Source: Planctomycetota bacterium
GTDB lineage: Bacteria; Planctomycetota; Phycisphaerae; WQYP01
Reading direction: 5' to 3'
Length of the DNA: 64,000 nucleotides
Assembly (NCBI GenBank): GCA_021790385.1
Contig: JAJYDW010000004.1
Location: 36,193-100,192, forward strand
This document shows, piece by piece, positions 20,449 through 35,241 of the stretch. Within the stretch, counting starts at the first letter, position 1. Each line of letters opens with the position of its first letter. The translations under genes and the position numbers were made by a program. The notes beneath the pieces were generated by a model. That model was not told the origin of the DNA. It did not search any database and was given only the letters and a program-made list of their open reading frames with translations.

Positions 20449-23358
20449 TTATTTGGCGGCAAGCCAGTTATCTCCCCAGGCCACATCCACCTTTAACTGC
20501 ACCCTTAAATCCATAGCGTGCTCCATTTCCTCACGCACCATCTGGGCATACGTTGCAACCTTGTCCCGACGGCATTCGAAAACCAGTTCATCGTGAATCT
20601 GCAGAATCAATTGAATATCATCCGCGTGAGGCGTGATCTGGCGGTGAATGCGGACCATGGCCATCTTGATCAGGTCGGCAGCGGAGCCTTGTATGACGGA
20701 ATTGATGGCAGCCCGCTGACCAAATTGTCTGATCGTCTGATTTTTGGAGTGAATCTGGGGTATCTGACGACGACGCCCCAAAATCGTTGTGACATAGCCA
20801 TGGGCCATCGCCTCCTGGGTACAAGCGCTAAAGAACTCCTCTATGGCTGGAAAACGCTGCTTGTACGCACGGATAAAGGCGGCGGCTTCTCGTTCCGGTA
20901 TTTTGAGCAGTTTGGCCAATCCATAAGATGTCTGGCCGTAGATAATGCCGAAGTTGACGGACTTGGCTACGCGCCGCATTTGCGAGGTTACCTGTTCCAG
21001 ATCCACGTGGTGAATTTGTGCTGCCACGTAAGCGTGAATATCGTGATTGTCGCTGAAAGCTGCAATCAAGGCTGGTTCACGACAAAAGTGGGCCAGCATA
21101 CGCAACTCTATCTGCGAATAATCCGCGCTGATGAGTACAAAGTCTGAATTTTCGGGTACAAACGCTCGGCGGATTTCCCGGCCGATATCGGTGCGGATCG
21201 GAATATTCTGCAAGTTTGGATCGCTGCTGGAAAGCCGCCCCGTTTCCGCGATCGTCTGGTTGAAGTTGGCGTGAACTCGGCCGGTCATCGGAGATACCGC
21301 AGCGACCAACGGTTCCAAATACGTACTTCGCAGTTTGGTAAGTTGGCGATACTCCAGAATCAAGGCCGGCACTGGATGGTCATCTGCCAGGGCTTCCAGC
21401 ACGCTGATATCCGTACTTGGACCGGTCTTTGTTTTTTTTACGACACGTAATCCCAGTTTTCCAAACAGTACCTGGCCGAGTTGCCTGGGCGAGTCGAAGT
21501 TAAATTCCATTCCGGCGGCGTCGCGAATGCGTTCTTTTAAATCCACCAGTCTTTTGTCAATATCTACGCTTAGCTGTCGCAGCAGATTTACATCCACCTT
21601 GACTCCGTTATATTCCATATCAGCCAGAACGCTCACCAGCGGCATTTCCACATCAGAAAAAAGCTGGTCCATGCCGACCGCGGCCAGCCTGGGAAACAGT
21701 ATCTCCGCCAGTCTCAGCGTAACATCCGCGTCTTCCGCTGCATACGTGCAAGCCTGCTCCAGCGGTACCTGGGCAAAGCTTTTCTGCTGCATCCCCTTGC
21801 CGATAAGCTCGGAAATGGCAATGGGCTTTAACCCCAGGTAATCCGCGGCCATTGCATCCATTGAATGGCTGGCTCGCGATGAATCCAGCAGATAGTCGGC
21901 AATCATGGTGTCCAGATAGACGCCCGCCAGCGGCAGTTGGCAACGCCTCAGCACATTGATGTCATATTTAAGATTCTGGCCGATTTTCTTAATTGTTGGA
22001 TCCGCCAGCAGCGGCCCAAGGTGCTCTTGCAGGGCGTCTCTTGCTACACATTCGCCCGGTCCCTTTATAGCGATATACCAGGCCTGCCCGCGGTCTACAC
22101 AAACAGAAATGCCACACACATTCGATTTCATCGCCCCCAGCGCATCGGTTTCGGTATCCACAGACAGCCAGCGAGACTTTGATTGATCCAGTACTTCACG
22201 AATTTCCTGCACCATCTTCATCAAGTTGGCGGTCGAACTGACCAGACGATAATTCCCTTGCACCGGCTGGAGTGGGTTAGCGGTGGGTGTGATGGCAGTA
22301 TCAGCAGCGTCTAACGGAACATCACCGGTGCCTTCACCTTCGAGTGGTGCTACCGCATCGCCTTCCGGGGCTTGATTAAATAAGTTGATTTCCACTGGGG
22401 AAAGACTTTTGGCCTGCCGAGTTGTGGCGTGCGGTGCCGTAGGCAAAGGGATCGTGTGAGTGCCTGTGGTGGTTGTCCTGCCGGCAGCCACCATTTTGAG
22501 TTTCTCGATTTGGGGGATGAGTCGGCGAAAGCTCAATTCTTCAAACATGGGCAATAGAGCGGATAAGCGGTTGGGGTCAAAGCGGCATTGCGACCAGGAG
22601 AATACCACCGGTACATCGGTCCGCAATCGCACCAATTTGCGGGATAGATCCAGCACGCCGAGGTTACTCCGCAAGGCCTCGCCTATTTTACCGGGAATGT
22701 TGCCTGCGTTGGCTATGAGGGTATCCAAGGAGCCAAATTGGGCAAGCCATTTAGCCGCAGTTTTCGGGCCGACACCGGGGATCCCTGGAATATTGTCCGC
22801 AGTGTCGCCGGTAAGGGCCAAAATATCCGCTACCTGTTCGGGCCGATAACCTTTTTTGGCCAATAGCCCCGCAGCATCCATCGTTTCATTTTCCTGAATG
22901 TCAAAAAGAACCGTCTGTTGATCAATCAGGGTGTCCAAATCCTTGTCACGGGAACAGACGTAAACCTGGATCTGGGGTAAAGTGGCATCATTTTTTATGC
23001 GTTGCACCACTGTCGCGATCACATCATCCGCTTCATAGCCGTCCACCCGTAAAATTGGCACGCCGATAGCCTCCATCATTTGGCCAATACGTTGTATCTG
23101 TGTGGGCATATCCTCCGGCATCGGCTTGCGCTGGGCTTTATATTGGGGATCCAATTGATCCCGCTGGCTGGATCCGGCATCCATAGCCAGCGCTATGTGG
23201 GTAGGTTGGCGATTGTCCAGCAGCTTCAGAAACATCGATATGAAGCCAAAGGTGGCATTGGTCGGCTCTCCGGAAGGGCTTGTTAAGCCGCTGACCGCAT
23301 AATAAGCCCGGTATATTTGGGCATGACCATCAATGATATAGAGGATTTTATCATTCAT
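20449..23358 (-). CDS. polA: DNA polymerase I
   Basis: 5'-3' exonuclease N-terminus 'ILYIIDGHAQIYRAYYA'. Polymerase motifs 'DYSQIELRMLAHF' and 'RRVAKSVNFGIIYG' are present. Length is about 970 aa. Confidence 0.9.
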   Translation of the reverse strand: MNDKILYIIDGHAQIYRAYYAVSGLTSPSGEPTNATFGFISMFLKLLDNRQPTHIALAMDAGSSQRDQLDPQYKAQRKPMPEDMPTQIQRIGQMMEAIGVPILRVDGYEADDVIATVVQRIKNDATLPQIQVYVCSRDKDLDTLIDQQTVLFDIQENETMDAAGLLAKKGYRPEQVADILALTGDTADNIPGIPGVGPKTAAKWLAQFGSLDTLIANAGNIPGKIGEALRSNLGVLDLSRKLVRLRTDVPVVFSWSQCRFDPNRLSALLPMFEELSFRRLIPQIEKLKMVAAGRTTTTGTHTIPLPTAPHATTRQAKSLSPVEINLFNQAPEGDAVAPLEGEGTGDVPLDAADTAITPTANPLQPVQGNYRLVSSTANLMKMVQEIREVLDQSKSRWLSVDTETDALGAMKSNVCGISVCVDRGQAWYIAIKGPGECVARDALQEHLGPLLADPTIKKIGQNLKYDINVLRRCQLPLAGVYLDTMIADYLLDSSRASHSMDAMAADYLGLKPIAISELIGKGMQQKSFAQVPLEQACTYAAEDADVTLRLAEILFPRLAAVGMDQLFSDVEMPLVSVLADMEYNGVKVDVNLLRQLSVDIDKRLVDLKERIRDAAGMEFNFDSPRQLGQVLFGKLGLRVVKKTKTGPSTDISVLEALADDHPVPALILEYRQLTKLRSTYLEPLVAAVSPMTGRVHANFNQTIAETGRLSSSDPNLQNIPIRTDIGREIRRAFVPENSDFVLISADYSQIELRMLAHFCREPALIAAFSDNHDIHAYVAAQIHHVDLEQVTSQMRRVAKSVNFGIIYGQTSYGLAKLLKIPEREAAAFIRAYKQRFPAIEEFFSACTQEAMAHGYVTTILGRRRQIPQIHSKNQTIRQFGQRAAINSVIQGSAADLIKMAMVRIHRQITPHADDIQLILQIHDELVFECRRDKVATYAQMVREEMEHAMDLRVQLKVDVAWGDNWLAAK

Positions 23359-23667
23359 TCTTATTCCGATTATACCGGGGTTGCGTCGATGGCGGGAGCA
23401 CAGGCTGGATAAACTGCTGTTCAAATGCGTTAAACAATCGCTTTTCACGTAGTCGATTTTGTGCCGCGCTGTATCTTAGCCTATACCCCGAACACTTCCC
23501 AAAATTCGCCATACCTTCTTGGCCGCTTGAAAATCGATGTGCGGGCGATGACAATAAAGAAAATAGGGTGCATTTGGCTGCCTCTGCCGATATAGATTGC
23601 TACCGCCAGGGGTGATGAGCCAAGAATATGGTGCGGCACCAGTTGGGCAGGCGGGTTTTTATCGGAA

Positions 23668-24951
23668 GTGACACAGATGGCCACAGTCGGCAGTTCAAAA
23701 CAGGATACGCTGCTGGGAAGAGTTGTGGTGGAACAGGGTTTTTGCACTCGCGACGAGTTGGAAGATTGCTTGGCGCTGCAAACCGAACTGTCCCAGCAAA
23801 GCAATCAGCGCAGCCTGGCGGATCTTTTGGTTTCCAATGGCTATGTCACCCAAACACAGCTTTTGCGCGCGCGAACTACAGCCGACGAGCAGCGCGTGAT
23901 GCAGCAGATTCCCGGCTACCAGATTATTTCCAAACTGGGTGCGGGCGCTATGGCGACGGTTTTCAAAGCACGTCAGCTTTCGCTGGATCGCATTGTCGCC
24001 ATCAAGGTTCTGCCCAAGAGGCTCAGCGAAAACAAAGAATTCGTGGACCGGTTTTACATGGAGGGCAAGGCTGCCGCCCGGCTTAATCATCCCAATATAG
24101 TGGGAGCCTTTGATGTCGGAGAGGCCGGCGGGTATCACTATTTTGTCATGGAATATGTCGAAGGCCAGACGGTATTCGACCATATTGCCGAAGGTAATCC
24201 GTACAGTGAAAAGGATGCCATCAGCATTGTAATTCAGATCTGTAAGGCTCTGGTTCATGCCCACGAAAATGGTTTGATTCACCGCGATGTAAAGCCCAAG
24301 AACATCATGATTACACCCGGTGGCGTCGCCAAGCTAGCAGATATGGGCCTGGCCCGTGAAAAGGACGATCAAGAGGCGGCTCAGGCCGAGGCCGGCAAGG
24401 CTTACGGCACGCCATATTACATATCGCCGGAACAAATTCGCGGTGAGCTTAATATCGACTTCCGTGCGGATATCTACTCTCTCGGGGCTACGTTTTATCA
24501 CATGATAACTGGCCGTGTCCCGTTTGAAGGCGCTTCACCCGCAGTAGTCATGCACAAGCATCTCAAGGAAGAACTGGTGCCACCAGATCATATCATTTCC
24601 ACCATAAGTTCCGGGTCCAGCGAAATCATTGAGGTGGCAATGGCGAAGATTCCCAAGAACCGCTACGCTTCCACGCAGGATATGCTATCGGATCTGGAAG
24701 CAGTTGCCCGGGGTGAACCACCCGTGCTGGCCCGAAAAGCATATGATTTGACATCTCTGGCCAATCTGGAGAAAAGTGGGCGCGAGGTACGGGAGGGTGG
24801 TGTAATCATGGTGGAGGCCTCGCGAGAACAAACTATCGATTTTGGCTCGCGCACCTGGACTGAAAAACTTTCGGATCCTCTGGTCGTTACCCTTTCCGCA
24901 TTGTTGCTGATGGCGGTGCTCATCATCATTGTTCTTTTGCTAAGCCGTTAA
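23668..24951 (+). CDS. Ser/Thr protein kinase with C-terminal TM anchor
   Basis: Hanks kinase motifs: 'GAGAMATVFKA' Gly-loop with 'AIKVL', 'HRDVKPKNIM', 'DMGLA', and the activation segment 'GTPYYISPEQ'. Confidence 0.8.
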   Translation: MTQMATVGSSKQDTLLGRVVVEQGFCTRDELEDCLALQTELSQQSNQRSLADLLVSNGYVTQTQLLRARTTADEQRVMQQIPGYQIISKLGAGAMATVFKARQLSLDRIVAIKVLPKRLSENKEFVDRFYMEGKAAARLNHPNIVGAFDVGEAGGYHYFVMEYVEGQTVFDHIAEGNPYSEKDAISIVIQICKALVHAHENGLIHRDVKPKNIMITPGGVAKLADMGLAREKDDQEAAQAEAGKAYGTPYYISPEQIRGELNIDFRADIYSLGATFYHMITGRVPFEGASPAVVMHKHLKEELVPPDHIISTISSGSSEIIEVAMAKIPKNRYASTQDMLSDLEAVARGEPPVLARKAYDLTSLANLEKSGREVREGGVIMVEASREQTIDFGSRTWTEKLSDPLVVTLSALLLMAVLIIIVLLLSR

Positions 24952-25250
24952 TCTGGTACGGTGTGTGCCACACCTGATCCTTTGTTTATCGTGCAGTATG
25001 TCGGTTATCGTGCGTGGCGTTTTTCGCCGACTACAGCGACTGTCGATGCTGGGGGCTGATTTTCTTACAGACTTGCCTCTTTACCGCTACCTGCCAGGCG
25101 TTCGCCCTGACATCGCATCCGGGGCCTTGGACTGGCGCTTCAAATTCAATCGAAAATTGTTTACAATGCAATAACCATTTCCCTGTCGGCTTGGTTATTT
25201 TTGGACCGGTTGCTGGTTGTCCCGGTCACAAACGGTTCGAGGATACGTAA

Positions 25251-26339
25251 ATGATTCTGAATCTGATTCGATTTATTTTCGCGGTGCTGGTGGCGCTGGT
25301 CGGGCTGGCGTATCTGGCCAAAACCGGACATGGCGTGAATTTTCAAGCTAAGCCATATTTCATGCTGATGGCCGGTATTGTGCTGGCTTTTATGGTCATC
25401 ACGGTTGATCTGATTTTTCGTCGTAAAAATCTCACCGCCATCTCCGGACTGTTTCTGGGCTTGCTGGTGGGAATAGTTCTTTCTCTGGTCCTCGGAGCTT
25501 TGCTTAATCAGGTAGCTAAAGTTTTCCTTGATGTCCACGAGCTGCGCGAGTACGGAACCCTCATCCGTGGCGGCAAATTGCTCATTGGGCTATCGGCCTG
25601 TTATCTGAGTATCTCCCTTATTTTACAGACCAAGGACGATTTTCGTTTTATTATTCCCTATGTTGAATTCAGCCGAGCCACCCGTGGGCCGCGTCCGTAT
25701 ATTTTGGACACCAGCACCATCATCGATGGCCGCATTGCGGATATTGCGAACACTGGTATTCTCGAAAGCCAATTGATCGTGCCCCGCTTTGTGATCAACG
25801 AATTACAAACCGTAGCCGATTCCACAGATCGTTTGAAACGCGCTCGCGGACGTCGTGGGCTGGATGTGCTCCAGAAATTACAGGCCATGACGAAGCTCGA
25901 ATTGCGCATCTGGGACGGAACCTTGGTGGACAACGCCAAGTATGAAGGCGTGGATCAAAAACTTGTGGCACTGGCGTCGCAGGAGAATGGTCGCATTATC
26001 ACCAGCGATTACAACCTTAATAAAGTGGCAACGTTGCATGGTATCACCGTGGTAAACCTCAACGACCTGGCCAATGCGGTTCGAGCGGTAGTTCTGCCCG
26101 GAGAGCAGATGCACGTTCGCGTGATCAAACCTGGTGAAGCGCCCGGTCAGGGTGTTGGTTATCTGGAAGATGGCACCATGGTGGTGATTGAAAATGCCCG
26201 CGATAAAATCGGGGGCGACATTGAAGTCTTGATTACCAATTCCGTGCATACTTCCGCCGGGCGCATGATTTTCGCGCGCTGCACAACGGAAACCCATGCG
26301 GTAAATCACCTCGCCAATCACAGCCGGGATTCCGTCTGA
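25251..26339 (+). CDS. YacL-like membrane protein with PIN and TRAM domains
   Basis: N-terminal TM helices. PIN domain 'YILDTSTIIDGRIADI...PRFVINELQ'. C-terminal TRAM-like beta-barrel region. Confidence 0.65.
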   Translation: MILNLIRFIFAVLVALVGLAYLAKTGHGVNFQAKPYFMLMAGIVLAFMVITVDLIFRRKNLTAISGLFLGLLVGIVLSLVLGALLNQVAKVFLDVHELREYGTLIRGGKLLIGLSACYLSISLILQTKDDFRFIIPYVEFSRATRGPRPYILDTSTIIDGRIADIANTGILESQLIVPRFVINELQTVADSTDRLKRARGRRGLDVLQKLQAMTKLELRIWDGTLVDNAKYEGVDQKLVALASQENGRIITSDYNLNKVATLHGITVVNLNDLANAVRAVVLPGEQMHVRVIKPGEAPGQGVGYLEDGTMVVIENARDKIGGDIEVLITNSVHTSAGRMIFARCTTETHAVNHLANHSRDSV

Positions 26340-26423
26340 GTCCCGATCTGACAGACCGATGAAGATTGCGTTACAGCGAATCTAACCATAGCATGACGGC
26401 GCGGCTTCCATGGTGGCGGCTGG

Positions 26424-27608
26424 TTGGAGTTGGCTTTGAACAGCGAGAATTTGAATAAAGAGTTTCGGCGAATATTTCCGGAGTACGCACTTGATTCTAC
26501 CATGTTGGAGGTGCGAGCCCCCGGCCGGGTTAACCTGATTGGTGAACACACCGATTATAACGATGGTTTTGTTTTTCCCATGGCTATTGATCGTGTTACC
26601 GCCATGGTGCTGCATCGCCGGAGTGACCATCTCATTCGCTTGTACAGCACCGCACAGCAGCAGATGGCGGAGTTTTCCATTCTCGGTCCCGTCCAGAAAA
26701 ATCCGCCGGCATGGTCTCTATACGCCAAGGGCGTATGTGAGGCTCTCCGGCAGAAGGGGCACACCGGATTGGGTGCCGATATTCTGACCGATACGGACAT
26801 TCCTCTGGGCGGTGGACTTTCTTCCAGTGCCGCCTTTGAGGTGGCTATGGCGTTAGCCCTGCTTAGTGCCTGGGGCCAAACCATGCCGCCGGTGGACATG
26901 GCCCTGGCCTGCCAATGGGCTGAGCACCATTACGCCGGAACGCCGTGCGGTATTATGGATCAATTTATTTCCGCAATGGCCAAGGCCGGTCATGCCATGT
27001 TGCTGGATTGCCGCGATCAATCCTACCGCCAGATTCCACTCGATGATCCTAAAGTCTGTGTCGTCATCGTCAACAGCCATGTCAAGCACGAACTTGTCGC
27101 CGGGGAATATAAAAATCGCCGATCACAGTGTCAGGCTGCCGTAGCGGCTATGGCGGCAACGTATCCCGTCGTGAGGGCGCTGCGCGATGTTACGATGCCC
27201 ATGTTGCAGGAAGTGCAAGCTTCCATGGATCCAGTGGTGTTTCAGCGAGCTCGGCATGTGGTGGGTGAAAATCAACGTGCTATCGATTTTGCCGCGGCAT
27301 TGCAGAAGCGAGATTACGCTGCATGTGGCCGTTTGATGTACGCTTCGCACACCAGCCTGCGCGATGATTATGCGGTGAGTTGTCCCGAATTAGATACCTT
27401 GGTGGACCTGAGCCGTTCCGTCAGCGGCGTGTTCGGCGCTCGCATGACCGGCGGAGGTTTTGGCGGGTGTATCGTGGTGCTGGCAAAAAAGGAGGCCGTT
27501 TCTCCATTGCAGCAGGTGTTGGAGCAGGAATATCCATTGCGTTGCGGAAAAAAGCCCGGCATTTTTGCCACCGCTGCCGGTCCGGGTGCACATGTGGTGG
27601 GCAGTTGA
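26424..27608 (+). CDS. galK: Galactokinase
   Basis: Galactokinase signature 'GRVNLIGEHTDYNDGFVFPMAI'. GHMP kinase motif 'PLGGGLSSSAA'. Confidence 0.85.
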   Translation: MELALNSENLNKEFRRIFPEYALDSTMLEVRAPGRVNLIGEHTDYNDGFVFPMAIDRVTAMVLHRRSDHLIRLYSTAQQQMAEFSILGPVQKNPPAWSLYAKGVCEALRQKGHTGLGADILTDTDIPLGGGLSSSAAFEVAMALALLSAWGQTMPPVDMALACQWAEHHYAGTPCGIMDQFISAMAKAGHAMLLDCRDQSYRQIPLDDPKVCVVIVNSHVKHELVAGEYKNRRSQCQAAVAAMAATYPVVRALRDVTMPMLQEVQASMDPVVFQRARHVVGENQRAIDFAAALQKRDYAACGRLMYASHTSLRDDYAVSCPELDTLVDLSRSVSGVFGARMTGGGFGGCIVVLAKKEAVSPLQQVLEQEYPLRCGKKPGIFATAAGPGAHVVGS

Positions 27609-27638
27609 AGGTGCTGACGCGATGGAAATGGGATTGGC

Positions 27639-28655
27639 ATGAAAGATATTCTGGCAAAGCTGGTGGCCGGCGCAACACTTTCCGAGTTGGAAACCAGGCT
27701 GGCATTTGAGCATCTTATCTCCAGCGAGGCCGAACCCGTTCAGGTCGGGGCGTTTCTTGCTTTGCTGGCCATGCGTGAACCCACAGTGGAAGAACTGGCT
27801 GGTGCAGCTCTGGTTATGCGTCGTTATGTCGTTCCGATAGAGGCTCCCCCCGATGTCATAGATACCTGCGGAACCGGTGGCACCGGCTCGCGAATTTTTA
27901 ATGTCTCAACCGCCGCCGCTCTGGTCGCCGCGGCTTGCGGTGTGCCCGTAGCTAAGCATGGCAACAGGGCGGTGACCAGCCGTAGTGGCAGTGCCGACGT
28001 ATTGCGCGTGCTGGGTGTCCAGGTGGAGGCCTCGCCTGATATCCAGAAAAAATGCTTGGAACAGGTTGGTATTTGCTTCGCCTTTGCGCAGCAACATCAT
28101 CCGGCAATGCGGAATGTGGCCCACGCGCGCAAGGTGCTTGGCTTGGCTACCATTTTTAACCTTATGGGACCGCTGGTCAACCCGGCCGGTGCCAAAAGGC
28201 AGCTTGCCGGTGTGCCACGACCAGCTCTGACTGAAAAAATTCTTGCTGTGCTGATGCGATTAGGTGCCAAACGCGCCATGGTGGTCTGCGGCAAAGACCC
28301 GGCGGAAGGGTTTCTCTGTGAACTTTCCATCGGCGGCCCAACGCAAATATCCCTTTTTGATGGCAAAGAAGTGCGTCGTTTTGCACTGGTACCCGAGGAT
28401 GTGGGATTGAACACCGCCAAGTCCGACACTTTACTGATTGATTCTCCGGCGGCATCAGCCCGCCTGATCCGCGAGATTCTCGCTGGTCAAACCGGCCCCG
28501 CCCGTGACATTGTCCTGCTTAATGCCGGTGCGGCGCTATGGGTGGCTGGTAAGGCTCAAAGCATCCGGGATGGTATCAGGATGGCTACGGAGGCCATCAC
28601 TACGCACCAGGCTCAAAACACTCTGGCGGCTTTGGTTCGCATCAGCCATGGTTAG
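27639..28655 (+). CDS. trpD: Anthranilate phosphoribosyltransferase
   Basis: 'DTCGTGGTGSRIFNVSTAAALVAAACGVPVAKHGNRAVTSRSGSADVL' is the TrpD glycine-rich/PRPP-binding signature. Confidence 0.85.
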   Translation: MKDILAKLVAGATLSELETRLAFEHLISSEAEPVQVGAFLALLAMREPTVEELAGAALVMRRYVVPIEAPPDVIDTCGTGGTGSRIFNVSTAAALVAAACGVPVAKHGNRAVTSRSGSADVLRVLGVQVEASPDIQKKCLEQVGICFAFAQQHHPAMRNVAHARKVLGLATIFNLMGPLVNPAGAKRQLAGVPRPALTEKILAVLMRLGAKRAMVVCGKDPAEGFLCELSIGGPTQISLFDGKEVRRFALVPEDVGLNTAKSDTLLIDSPAASARLIREILAGQTGPARDIVLLNAGAALWVAGKAQSIRDGIRMATEAITTHQAQNTLAALVRISHG

Positions 28656-28681
28656 AAATCTCCGTTGGCATGGCTGTACTG

Positions 28682-28700
28682 ACGGCGGCCTGCCGTTTTG
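28682..28700 (+). terminator. Possible intrinsic terminator after trpD (GC stem ACGGC/GCCGT followed by TTTT)
   Basis: Hairpin plus T-run read directly, 27 nt after the trpD stop. Confidence 0.3.
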
Positions 28701-29017
28701 ACAACGATCGGTCGTTGGCTGCTGACAAATTCCTGCCAAGGAGGCAGCATAATTCCATTTTAATACTCTACCAATGATTTCAGATTATGAATTTGTAACA
28801 ACTTGTGAAATTGATGTTTACGTTGTTTGTGCGAGGTGGAAAAATGAGGTTGGCATCAGTCTTGCTAAAGTCCTGCGACAGGTGAAGCTGTTCACCGGGT
28901 TGTCCCAACGAGGCCCGATGCCACAGCTTCTTTGACAAGGTGCTTAACGGGGCGAAATGCCCATGACCGGTGTTGTAAGCCGGAAGTGAAACGCGGTGTT
29001 TCAGGCAAATAACATAA

Positions 29018-30757
<1,740 letters not shown>

Positions 30758-30824
30758 AGTTTCGCGGCAATAGTTGCCGTACTGAAATTTATTAAAAACC
30801 TTCATTTACAGGAGTATATCCCAC

Positions 30825-31115
30825 ATGAAAATCAACCCATTAGAAGATCGTCTGGTGGTCAAACCTGGTGAGGCAGAAACCAAAACCGCATCTGGCATTG
30901 TTCTGCCCGAGTCGGCCAAGGAGAAGCCCACACGCGGTAAAGTGATCAGTGTTGGTCCAGGAAAAATGCTCGACAACGGCAACCGTGCGCCGGTCGGCGT
31001 GAAGGTCGGTGAAGAAGTGTACTACGGAAAGTACGCCGGCACTGAAGTGAAAGTCGATGATGAGGCCTTGGTTATCCTGCGTGAAAGTGACGTGTTGGGC
31101 GTTTTGACCAAGTGA
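30825..31115 (+). CDS. groS: Co-chaperonin GroES
   Basis: 96 aa, 'KPLEDRLVVKP...GIVLP...GKV..VG.G' pattern. Confidence 0.9.
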   Translation: MKINPLEDRLVVKPGEAETKTASGIVLPESAKEKPTRGKVISVGPGKMLDNGNRAPVGVKVGEEVYYGKYAGTEVKVDDEALVILRESDVLGVLTK

Positions 31116-31202
31116 CATTCAGGTGAATCACTTAATGTAACAGTAGGCCGCCGCCAACGGCTTGGTAGTGTGGCTGAGTCAAGCAACTTACTAAAGAGGT
31201 AA

Positions 31203-32822
<1,620 letters not shown>

Positions 32823-32993
32823 ACGGCGCTGTGTCCGGTCTCTGGTTTGATCACCATGATCGGTTCTGCACCGCCCATGAAAGTGGATTTCTCCCGCTGG
32901 TTGTGGTTATAATAATAAGTTCGGAAAACTAGGCCTGGGCATATATAAAATGTATTCCCGGGCCTTGTTGTTCATGCCCGGAATTGAAAACGT

Positions 32994-34169
32994 ATGGCCA
33001 GCAAACGCGATTACTATGAAGTTCTTTCAGTGCAGCGGAATGCTACCGCTGATGAAATCAAGCGATCCTACCGTCAGGCTGCGCTGAAGTTTCACCCCGA
33101 TAAAAATCCCGGCAATAAAGAGGCCGAACATAAATTCAAGGAATGCTCGGAAGCCTACGAAGTTCTTTCCGATACGGAAAAGCGAAAACTCTACGATACC
33201 TACGGCCACGATGGCCTGCGCGGTACCGCCGTCCATGATTACCAACACATGGAAACGGATGATATTTTCTCTATCTTTAATGATATCCTTGGCGGGCGCA
33301 GCGGGGGGCGGGGTGGTCGTGGGCGGGCTTCCCGTGGTTACGATCTGGAAACACAAGTCGTTGTTACTCTCCAAGATGTAGCCAAGGGTTGTGATCGGGA
33401 AATCGATTTTACCAGGCAGGAAAACTGCACACTTTGCAACGGGACTGGAGCCAAGGAGGGCAGCAAACGCCGAATTTGCAGCACCTGCGGTGGCCAGGGC
33501 AAGGTGGCGCAGCGTGGCTTTGGCGGCATGTTTCAAATGGTAACAACGTGCCCATCCTGTCTGGGCCAAGGCTCCATGGTGGAAAAGCCATGCCCGCAAT
33601 GCGACGGTTCGGGGCTTAGCCCTGTCAAGCGCACCCTGAAAGTGCATATTCCACCGGGTATTCATGATGGGCAGGCGGTGGGAGTGCGCGGAGAAGGCGA
33701 ACTTGGTGAGGGCGGAGGCCGCCGGGGCGATTTGCACGTCTATGTGCGGGTGCAGGAACATCCATTTTTCCAACGCCATGAAAATGATATTATTGTGCAG
33801 GTGCCTGTCAGCATTGTGCAGGCGGCTTTGGGGGCCGAAGTTGAAGTTCCCACACTTTTTGGAAAATCCGCCCTGCACGTGCAGCCCGGCACCCAACACG
33901 GCGAAGTGATCAAATTGAAGGGCCTGGGTCTGCCGGATATTCAAGGTGGACGGCAAGGTAATTTGCTGGCCCATGTTCTGCTGGAAGTACCGCGTAAGCT
34001 CAGCCGCAAACAGGAACAATTGCTGCGCGAATACGCCAGTCTGGAGGAGCAAAGCGTTTTACCCGCCCAAAAGAACTTCTTTGAAAAACTTAAGGACTAT
34101 CTCGTTGGCGATGCGACCACCACTGCGCACGCCGCCGAGGACAAACCCAAGGTTGAACATGCAGAGTAG
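32994..34169 (+). CDS. dnaJ: Chaperone DnaJ (type I, with four CxxCxGxG zinc-finger repeats)
   Basis: J-domain 'DYYEVLSV...HPDKNP'. Gly-rich linker. Zinc-finger repeats 'CTLCNGTG / CSTCGGQG / CPSCLGQG / CPQCDGSG'. Confidence 0.9.
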   Translation: MASKRDYYEVLSVQRNATADEIKRSYRQAALKFHPDKNPGNKEAEHKFKECSEAYEVLSDTEKRKLYDTYGHDGLRGTAVHDYQHMETDDIFSIFNDILGGRSGGRGGRGRASRGYDLETQVVVTLQDVAKGCDREIDFTRQENCTLCNGTGAKEGSKRRICSTCGGQGKVAQRGFGGMFQMVTTCPSCLGQGSMVEKPCPQCDGSGLSPVKRTLKVHIPPGIHDGQAVGVRGEGELGEGGGRRGDLHVYVRVQEHPFFQRHENDIIVQVPVSIVQAALGAEVEVPTLFGKSALHVQPGTQHGEVIKLKGLGLPDIQGGRQGNLLAHVLLEVPRKLSRKQEQLLREYASLEEQSVLPAQKNFFEKLKDYLVGDATTTAHAAEDKPKVEHAE

Positions 34170-34246
34170 CATTGAGGGTTAGTGGCGACCGGCCATCAAC
34201 CAGGTAATTTCAATGGATCTTTTACGATATCATTTGCAGGTGTACC

Positions 34247-34795
34247 ATGAACAAACACAATCAAAAACAGGATCCCCAGGTCAGCTCGGAATCCCCGGAA
34301 CCGGCAGTTCCCGCGCCAGTCGAAATTTCGGATGAATCCAAGGGTATGGATACGGCGTTGGCCGAAGTCGAAGATCTCCGCCAACGGCTCATTCGCTGGC
34401 AGGCGGACTATGAAAATCTTCGCCGACGCAGTGCCCGGGAAATGCTCGAATCGCGAACTTTGGCCATCGGTGATTTCGCCCGTGATATGCTTGAGGTTCT
34501 TGATCATTTTGAAAGCGCTCTAAGTGTGGATCCGGGTAAGACCGATACCGCAAGCGTGCTCCAGGGTATGAAAATCACCTACGATGAGCTGAAGAAAATT
34601 CTAGTCAAACGCGGGATCGAATCGTTTGATCCTCAAGGACAGCCCTTTGATCCCAATGTGCAGGAAGCCATTTTGCAGGAGGTCAATGACCAGGTGCCCC
34701 CTATGACGGTTCTGCAAACGCTGCAGCGAGGCTACCGCATGGGTGAGAGGATATTGCGCCCCGCCAAAGTGAAGGTCAGCTCCAAGCCGTCGTAG
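34247..34795 (+). CDS. grpE: Nucleotide exchange factor GrpE
   Basis: 'LRQRLIRWQADYENLRRR' coiled coil plus C-terminal beta-domain. 182 aa. Directly downstream of dnaJ. Confidence 0.75.
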   Translation: MNKHNQKQDPQVSSESPEPAVPAPVEISDESKGMDTALAEVEDLRQRLIRWQADYENLRRRSAREMLESRTLAIGDFARDMLEVLDHFESALSVDPGKTDTASVLQGMKITYDELKKILVKRGIESFDPQGQPFDPNVQEAILQEVNDQVPPMTVLQTLQRGYRMGERILRPAKVKVSSKPS

Positions 34796-34861
34796 ATTCC
34801 TGATGGAATGGCAGTCCGGCCGGCCTGATGCTGCCAGGTTACGTTTTGTGGAGAAATTGCA

Positions 34862-35233
34862 ATGCCAACGTATGAATATAAATGCAGCGCCTGCGGGCAT
34901 GGGTTTGAGGAATTTCAGTCCATTTCCGCCAAACCCGTTCGCAAATGTCCCCAATGCGGCAAATTAGCCGTCAATCGGCTTATTTCCGCAGGTGGGGGGG
35001 TTATTTTTCGGGGCAGCGGCTTTTACGAAACGGATTATCGTTCCGAAAATTATAAGGCTGAAGCCAAAAAGGAATCAAACAACGGAAAACCTGCAACCGA
35101 CACCAAACCCGTGGGAACGGAAAAAACCGCCCCTGATCCTGCGGAACATAAATCCGCTGCTGTTGCATCATCCGTCACCACTGTGCCACAAAAGTCCAAT
35201 GGCAAAAAGCCCAAATTGAAAATAGACCACTGA
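34862..35233 (+). CDS. FmdB-family zinc-ribbon protein
   Basis: 'MPTYEYKCSACGHGFE...CPQCG' is the FmdB-type CxxC...CxxC ribbon at the N-terminus. Confidence 0.6.
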   Translation: MPTYEYKCSACGHGFEEFQSISAKPVRKCPQCGKLAVNRLISAGGGVIFRGSGFYETDYRSENYKAEAKKESNNGKPATDTKPVGTEKTAPDPAEHKSAAVASSVTTVPQKSNGKKPKLKIDH

Positions 35234-35241
35234 GTATCACT